Below, piece after piece: positions 24,531 to 29,892 of a DNA stretch of 29,892 nt; position 1 is the stretch's first letter, and every line of letters begins with the position of its first letter. A model generated the notes under the pieces. That model was not told the DNA's origin. It worked only from the letters and a program-made list of their open reading frames with translations, and did no database searches. The stretch comes from a virus (lineage: Duplodnaviria; Heunggongvirae; Uroviricota; Caudoviricetes): positions 64,001-93,892 of IMG/VR virus record IMGVR_UViG_3300020576_001396; one strand, written 5' to 3'. The position numbers were made by a program, and so were the translations under genes.

Positions 24531-25994
24531 TTACTCAGCTTCGCAAATAAGTTCTCCAGAGCTATTTGGGAATCTTAACATGATACCCTGTTCTGAAAGG
24601 AAGTTAACTGTGTAACCGTCTTTTGCGTTAGACCTAAGAGTTGTGATAGATTTAGAGTGACCTGAGCCTGGAGCTACAGAACCACCAACATACCACATAA
24701 CCATTTCGCGGTCTTTGCGAACTACTTTTACCAGGTTAGATTCACCATCACGGCTACCGATATCAACAATAGTGAAACGGTATGACTCGAGAGGTTTACC
24801 TGATATTGGATGTAACTTACGGTTGTAAACCAAGTTGTCGTACATCGGGAAATGCTTGAGGGTAAGTTCAATACCGTTGAGCATTTTGTATGTAGTAAAC
24901 TGTCCACCAAGTGTAAGATTCTGTCCACTACCTGTAACGAAGTTGGTAGCAATCAGCTGGTATGTAGAAGCTTTGTCGCGAAGAACGCGGTCAAATTCTT
25001 TCATACCCATCTCACCTGTGAGGGCAACGAATTTACGCTCGTTAGTTCCAAGAATATTATATGAAAGGTCGAAGAGGAATTCCTCGAGAATGTCAGCGGT
25101 CAGAGTTGTATAGTAACGTCTGTTAGCTGGAGCAATCTGCTCAAGAAGACCTGCGCCGATATAAACCGGACGACCGTTTGTACCCATAAGGTCTGTGGTA
25201 CCATCAGCGTTTGCATTGTATTTTGAGTATACTGAGTAACGCTCGATTGTATCATACCACTGACGAATAGCTCTCCACTCCTGGTAGTCTGACCAGAGGT
25301 AAGATGATTTGCCAGTAGCTGGGTCCCTGAGGGCGATAACCATAACTGAAGAGTAAGCGTCACCGGTGATATCGTACTGCAGACGCATTGTTGTCAGGTG
25401 GTTCCTGAGTTTGAATGGTGTCTGATAGTTCACGATATCAGCTTCTTCGCTGTATTCTTCGTATGCACTACCTTCTCTACTTATCTGTTTTCCAACAGCC
25501 AAGAGTGAAGGCGGAATGAATGACTCTGGTTTTCCGTCAGCCATAACCAGGGTATATACGTAGTCCGAACCGTCTTGGTAGGGCTCGCCCTGGATTCTAG
25601 CCTGGAACTCTCTGTCGTCAAATGCGACAACAGCACCAGGACCAAACCATTTTTCTGCAACCCAAATCTGGATTGGTGTTCCGTTGATACCGGGAACGTC
25701 GGCTGTGCCTATAGAGGCACCATTCCATTTAGCTGCTTTGATTGTAATCGCTTTATCCGATTCAATCATAACTGGCCATTCGTACTGTCTGTTTTCTACT
25801 ACAAGAGTTTTACCAAGACCCATTGTGAGGAAGTCGAGGGTGTTGTTCTCGTATTTACCAAACACATAAGAGATAACTGTAGATACCTGATACGGCTTAG
25901 TAAGCAGTGCGGTGGCAAGCATGTTTTCGTCAACTAAGTCCGAAAAACGTTTGGAACGGTAGAGTACTAGATTGTTTAATGAAGTATTATCCAT
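24531..25994 (-). CDS. Major capsid protein, crAss-like (HK97 fold)
   Basis: LNNLVLYRSKRFSDLVDENML, GKQISREGSAYEEYSEEADI, FKLRNHLTTMRLQYDITGDAYS, GRPVYIGAGLLEQI and SNAKDGYTVNFLSEQGIMLR; no intron or intein. Confidence 0.93.
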   Translation of the reverse strand: MDNTSLNNLVLYRSKRFSDLVDENMLATALLTKPYQVSTVISYVFGKYENNTLDFLTMGLGKTLVVENRQYEWPVMIESDKAITIKAAKWNGASIGTADVPGINGTPIQIWVAEKWFGPGAVVAFDDREFQARIQGEPYQDGSDYVYTLVMADGKPESFIPPSLLAVGKQISREGSAYEEYSEEADIVNYQTPFKLRNHLTTMRLQYDITGDAYSSVMVIALRDPATGKSSYLWSDYQEWRAIRQWYDTIERYSVYSKYNANADGTTDLMGTNGRPVYIGAGLLEQIAPANRRYYTTLTADILEEFLFDLSYNILGTNERKFVALTGEMGMKEFDRVLRDKASTYQLIATNFVTGSGQNLTLGGQFTTYKMLNGIELTLKHFPMYDNLVYNRKLHPISGKPLESYRFTIVDIGSRDGESNLVKVVRKDREMVMWYVGGSVAPGSGHSKSITTLRSNAKDGYTVNFLSEQGIMLRFPNSSGELICEAE

Positions 25995-26014
25995 TTGCCT
26001 TGCTTAAATATATG

Positions 26015-27223
26015 TTAATTAAAATTAGGTCTCCTCAGCTGTCTGCTCACAGTGTCCCATGCATTTAGAGTATTGCTTGAACCACCTTGTGATACTGCGC
26101 TGTTTTTCACTCTTTTTCCTTTGTTGGCTAACTTATCCTGTAGATTTTTAGCAGCTTGAGAAGTCGCTTTTTGTGTTACCTTCTGAATGAGGGAATCCCC
26201 CTTCATGGTAAAGTATGCAGATTCTATCAAATTTCTATAGTCTTTGGCATAGTCTTTTTGATACTTCGTAAGCCCGTCTGCTTCAGGTTTGAATATGTAA
26301 TCATTCAACTCTTTTTTCTCTTTAGCAGAAATCGGTATACCGCGAATAGAATCTGTTTTTTCTATACTTGTATATACGTTTTTATAGAAGTTTTGTTGCT
26401 GTTTAATAGACTCCTTACGTAAGTTCTCCTGCTCTACTAATAGCTCTTCCGCTTTAGTTTTTTTGTACTCTTTGAGTAACTCTAGAGCATCTTCAGCTTC
26501 TTCTTGTAAAGTACCTGAATCTTCGTAACGTGTTATGAATCTATTTATCTTATCTTGTGTATACCCAAGACGTTCAAAATTATCAATCAACACCTGCTTC
26601 TGAGCGTTCTCGTCAGCTATGTCAATCCTGTCTAGGTCTGTATTACCGTATACTTCAGAGTAATACTTTTTGAGGTCTCCCCCGTCTGCTACATACTTAT
26701 TAAGCTTTTCAATCTCTTCGTTAGCATATGATGGACGGGAGCTCTCCTCAACAATACCTTTCATGTATTCGATTACTTCCGCAACCGTCTTCGGTTTGGT
26801 TTCATCTCCTAGTTCCCAACCAAGTTCTGTGCTAAAGCGGTCAGTAAAGAAATCTACTACTTCTTGCTCGTATTCACCAAGGTCGGAACTATCTTCATCG
26901 TTGGTAGAGGTATTAGTAGGAACTGGTTTTACAACCTCTTCTACTTCCTCATCATCTTCGACTACTTCTTCTTCTTCCCTGATTTCTTCTTGCAGGCCAT
27001 CTTGTTTAGTTTTTTTAGGTTTAACTTCAGGTTCCCCAGTAATCTCCTCTGGGTCGGTCATCGGGAATTCGTCAATGTCGTTTCCAATCTCTGTAATAGT
27101 TTCGAAACCTTCATCGGGACCTGCGCCTGAGCCTGGCTTTACACGCTCGTAACGTGCAAGTCCGTCAACCACAGCTTCGAATCCACCGAAGAATGCGTTA
27201 TCATTATCTTCTTTTTTTCTCAT
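26015..27223 (-). CDS. Acidic protein between portal and MCP, putative scaffolding protein
   Basis: E/D-rich disordered N-terminal half and helical C-terminal half (LIESAYFTMKGD); conserved crAss-like position. Confidence 0.65.
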   Translation of the reverse strand: MRKKEDNDNAFFGGFEAVVDGLARYERVKPGSGAGPDEGFETITEIGNDIDEFPMTDPEEITGEPEVKPKKTKQDGLQEEIREEEEVVEDDEEVEEVVKPVPTNTSTNDEDSSDLGEYEQEVVDFFTDRFSTELGWELGDETKPKTVAEVIEYMKGIVEESSRPSYANEEIEKLNKYVADGGDLKKYYSEVYGNTDLDRIDIADENAQKQVLIDNFERLGYTQDKINRFITRYEDSGTLQEEAEDALELLKEYKKTKAEELLVEQENLRKESIKQQQNFYKNVYTSIEKTDSIRGIPISAKEKKELNDYIFKPEADGLTKYQKDYAKDYRNLIESAYFTMKGDSLIQKVTQKATSQAAKNLQDKLANKGKRVKNSAVSQGGSSNTLNAWDTVSRQLRRPNFN

Positions 27224-27228
27224 GTCTT

Positions 27229-29628
27229 TTATTTTTTAGCGGCTGGTCGAGGCGTTGGTTTCGAAGCAACCTTCTTTTTTATTGCTATTTCCTGTGCCTT
27301 AAATTCCTCAGCTTTCATATTCTTGCGAACAGTTTCATCAAGTTGTTTATTTTTTACTTGGTAATCTTTGTCAGTCTTCTCCTTTTGCAGTTGAAGCTTA
27401 CGTTCTTCCATCATCTGGCCTTCTACATCTGGTGCCTCTTCAGGACCCATGTCTTCGCCCATTAGACTCATCCTAGCTATTTCTAACTGTGTTTCTGCCT
27501 TACGTATAGAGTCTTCCTCTTTAATACGAAGCTCGTCTTGTTTAAGAGCTACCTCAGTTGCTACCTGCTGCTGCTGTGCCTGTATAGTCTGCTGCTGTAG
27601 TTGAGCTTTGGACTGCTGTTCTTGCTGTACCATAGCGTCTCTCTTTCTATCTACTTCCTCAAGTCTCTGTTTAATCTGATTCATATTGTCAGAAGTAAGT
27701 ATACTTGCAGCGTCAAGAAGTGTAGCCCCATTCTGCATAGCAGGTTGTAACAGTGTCTTAAGAGACTCGATGTTACGGAACTCCTTGCTTGAATCTGTGA
27801 TGAATACCCCAAAGGATGAATAAGGGAAGTCTTCAGATATCTGTATAAATTTACGTGTCATATCATTGAGTACGTAGTACAGATGCTTTCTATCACTGTT
27901 ACGCCAAGCTGTCTTAGAAGCTTCAAGTAACTGTGTATATACACGTTTCTTAATACTGTTATGTACCCAGAATAATATTTCCGTAATGTGTGAGGATTGA
28001 ATGACTGAACGCTCTACGTTTCCCACAAGTTCGCTAGAACTTATAGAACCTTGTCTCTGCCTGGATACACCTGAGAGTTCACCAATCATCTCCTCTATCT
28101 TATTCATCAAATCAATGTAGTTAGCTATAACGTTAGTCATAGTTAAATCCTGTGCGCTGATTTGATTAAACTGTGCTGGTCTACCACCTTCACGACCTGG
28201 AACATCCCAACCTTCTTCATAAGGGTTGATGAAGTTAACTCCAAGTGCAGTTAAGTAATGTAACCATTTGTTTACATCTACGTTCATAGACTTAGGTATC
28301 TGGGTGATATCCATGTTGATAATCTTACCTTTATCCCTAGACAAAGCCAGTTCAAGCCTATACCATATTATTATATACATATAAGCAAGTGGTTTCATCA
28401 CGTCTACCAACGATCTATTAATTGAGTTGGTATCGCTGTACAAGCTACCTATATAAGGAAGCTTAGCGTTGTTTGGAGTCTCTATAGATATGTCTTGATA
28501 TGATAAAGGCTGTACACCTACATAGATGTCATCCCCTATTCTATAACCTTCCCATATTTCAGTAACCCAATCCCATTCTATCGTCTCTCCTGGTAATGTA
28601 GGATACTCCTCATCTACCATTTCGACTTTCTCTTCACCATCAACTACAGATGATACAAAGCCTACTTTCTTGAAAGACCTCCATGTGGCGTGCCATACGT
28701 CAACATAACTTGCCTGTAGATTGGAATCAATACCTGCATTTTGAGTATCAACAGTTTTAAACTCAATCTTATTAAACTGGTCTTCACTTTGTGTAGATGC
28801 GGAAGCTCTGTTCTCTACCATGTCTAAGACCTTCTTCAAGTCTGAGGTATCCATGATATCATTGAACCTGTCATATATTGAAGTAGGAGTCATACGCATG
28901 TGACGTACTGCCCAATCGCCGTCTTCAATATTATCTAATTCAGGGTCGTTATCGTGTGAGAACTCCATAGGATTTACACGCTCAGCAATAGGTTCGCCAC
29001 TATGTATGCCTACATAATGCACCTCTTTGCCAGAGATAAGACCGTCTTTCAAACCCTTTATAAAAGAGTCATCCAGACTGTTTACCATACGTAAATACTC
29101 AAGTGAGCTATGTGCTGTAACCTCTGCTGGGTTAACATACTCACTAGTTACATAGTTGGTTATTTTCTGTACTTCTGCCTCAAAAGCTTTCTGGGCTTCT
29201 TCCGAATCCCCACCGTTCTCTATTTGTTTCTGAACGTCTTGTATTAATGTTTCGAGTAGAAGTTGATTGAGTTTGTCTCTATTCTTAGAACCTGCTTCAT
29301 TGTTAGTTTGATACACAAGAACGTTGTTAGGACGCTTGCTTTCCTCACCAAGAAGTAGGTTTATCTTAGGACGTATTATGTTGAAATTCTGTAAGGATGC
29401 TGGGAAGCTGTCGTCAACTTTAAATGGGTTGGTAACGTATTTTAAATCAGCTTCGTTGAATATACCATTGTACAGGTCGTAGTTAGTCTTCATCCGGTCA
29501 CGTTCACCAGATAAACTGTTTGCTCTACCGACTATTCCATCAACGCACTTTTCACGCCAGTCTTTATTCTTCTGGCTGATAGATAGTTGCTGGGCCGGAA
29601 AATCGGACCTCTTAATATTATTGAACAT
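27229..29628 (-). CDS. Portal protein
   Basis: 799 aa with YDLYNGIFNEADLKYVTNPF, NFNIIRPKINLLLGEESKRP, EWDWVTEIWEGYRIG, RDKGKIINMDITQIPKS and GVSRQRQGSISSSELVGNVERSVIQSSHITE; Q-rich coiled-coil C-terminus. Confidence 0.93.
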   Translation of the reverse strand: MFNNIKRSDFPAQQLSISQKNKDWREKCVDGIVGRANSLSGERDRMKTNYDLYNGIFNEADLKYVTNPFKVDDSFPASLQNFNIIRPKINLLLGEESKRPNNVLVYQTNNEAGSKNRDKLNQLLLETLIQDVQKQIENGGDSEEAQKAFEAEVQKITNYVTSEYVNPAEVTAHSSLEYLRMVNSLDDSFIKGLKDGLISGKEVHYVGIHSGEPIAERVNPMEFSHDNDPELDNIEDGDWAVRHMRMTPTSIYDRFNDIMDTSDLKKVLDMVENRASASTQSEDQFNKIEFKTVDTQNAGIDSNLQASYVDVWHATWRSFKKVGFVSSVVDGEEKVEMVDEEYPTLPGETIEWDWVTEIWEGYRIGDDIYVGVQPLSYQDISIETPNNAKLPYIGSLYSDTNSINRSLVDVMKPLAYMYIIIWYRLELALSRDKGKIINMDITQIPKSMNVDVNKWLHYLTALGVNFINPYEEGWDVPGREGGRPAQFNQISAQDLTMTNVIANYIDLMNKIEEMIGELSGVSRQRQGSISSSELVGNVERSVIQSSHITEILFWVHNSIKKRVYTQLLEASKTAWRNSDRKHLYYVLNDMTRKFIQISEDFPYSSFGVFITDSSKEFRNIESLKTLLQPAMQNGATLLDAASILTSDNMNQIKQRLEEVDRKRDAMVQQEQQSKAQLQQQTIQAQQQQVATEVALKQDELRIKEEDSIRKAETQLEIARMSLMGEDMGPEEAPDVEGQMMEERKLQLQKEKTDKDYQVKNKQLDETVRKNMKAEEFKAQEIAIKKKVASKPTPRPAAKK

Positions 29629-29637
29629 TTTTATTTT

Positions 29638-29892
29638 CTAAAGATTAATAAAGCGCGGTATTTGGTTTCTGAACAGTGGTACCTTAAATAATTGTCTGCT
29701 CTTCTCTTCTTTACCCGTTTGTTTTACATGTTGTGTGTGTAGTTCTTCCTTGTATACCATGATTAGCATAAAGGCTATTACTCGGTCAAAGTTACCTTCC
29801 CTAGTGTAGGATATCAATTCCTCTAGTAAAGGCTCTGACATTATCTTAGTTAAATTCTTTTTACCTGGTTGGTACTCTTCTTGTAACCAGTC
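29638..29892 (-). CDS. terL: Terminase large subunit, C-terminal fragment (5' part outside the window)
   Basis: The frame stays open to the window edge (DWLQEEYQPGKKNLTKIMSEPLLEELISYTREGNFDRVIAFM); LLEELI.Y...GNFDRV is the crAss TerL C-terminal motif; directly upstream of the portal. Confidence 0.85.
   Translation of the reverse strand, partial: DWLQEEYQPGKKNLTKIMSEPLLEELISYTREGNFDRVIAFMLIMVYKEELHTQHVKQTGKEEKSRQLFKVPLFRNQIPRFINL

Noticed and set aside
6405-27465. Remaining plus-strand ORFs and short alternate-frame minus-strand ORFs in the track (for example 8859..9122, 12076..12273, 20284..20616, 24835..25113, 26670..27152)
   Set aside because: They lie within well-supported genes and reflect codon bias or collagen periodicity; none has a plausible product or leader.
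29626-29640. TerL TAG stop is in frame with the portal ATG three codons later (TAG AAA ATA AAA ATG), so read-through would fuse them
   Set aside because: One-in-three chance; the spacer is an ordinary A-rich leader and there is no read-through signal or functional rationale.
1-29892. Stop-codon reassignment (TAG to Gln or TGA to Trp), known in some crAss-like phages
   Set aside because: All long genes, including the muzzle, portal and MCP, are uninterrupted in code 11, coding density is near complete, and TAG ends four genes at sensible positions.
1-29892. tRNA, rRNA or CRISPR arrays
   Set aside because: Intergenic gaps are under 100 nt and show no cloverleaf or regularly spaced direct repeats.

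Overview
The window is the virion-morphogenesis operon of a crAss-like phage (Crassvirales; MCP, ring and muzzle motifs most resemble the crAss001/Steigviridae type, probably with a Bacteroidota host). All credible genes lie on the minus strand and read in the standard code. In transcription order (right to left): terminase large subunit C-terminus, portal, acidic scaffold-like protein, major capsid protein, conserved protein, tail ring protein, auxiliary capsid protein, small beta-rich protein, terminator, HNH endonuclease, glycosyltransferase and methyltransferase, fibre/receptor-binding genes, putative tail hub genes, a lysis cassette (M15 endolysin and three membrane proteins), a collagen-like gene and an accessory appendage cassette, ring protein, IHF-like protein, small fibre genes, GIY-YIG endonuclease, ring protein 1, and a >1293-codon muzzle gene running off the window start. 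The ORF track missed the muzzle gene and three ~55-aa ORFs. The most notable observations are: (1) a GIY-YIG homing endonuclease that seems to have displaced the start of the ring gene and supplies a recoded replacement; (2) the same 40-aa beta module in two unrelated tail proteins; (3) a glycosyltransferase/methyltransferase pair inside the virion operon; (4) a paralogous gene pair in which one copy carries two inserted carbohydrate-binding-like domains. Family assignments come from motif recognition and synteny, not from database searches.
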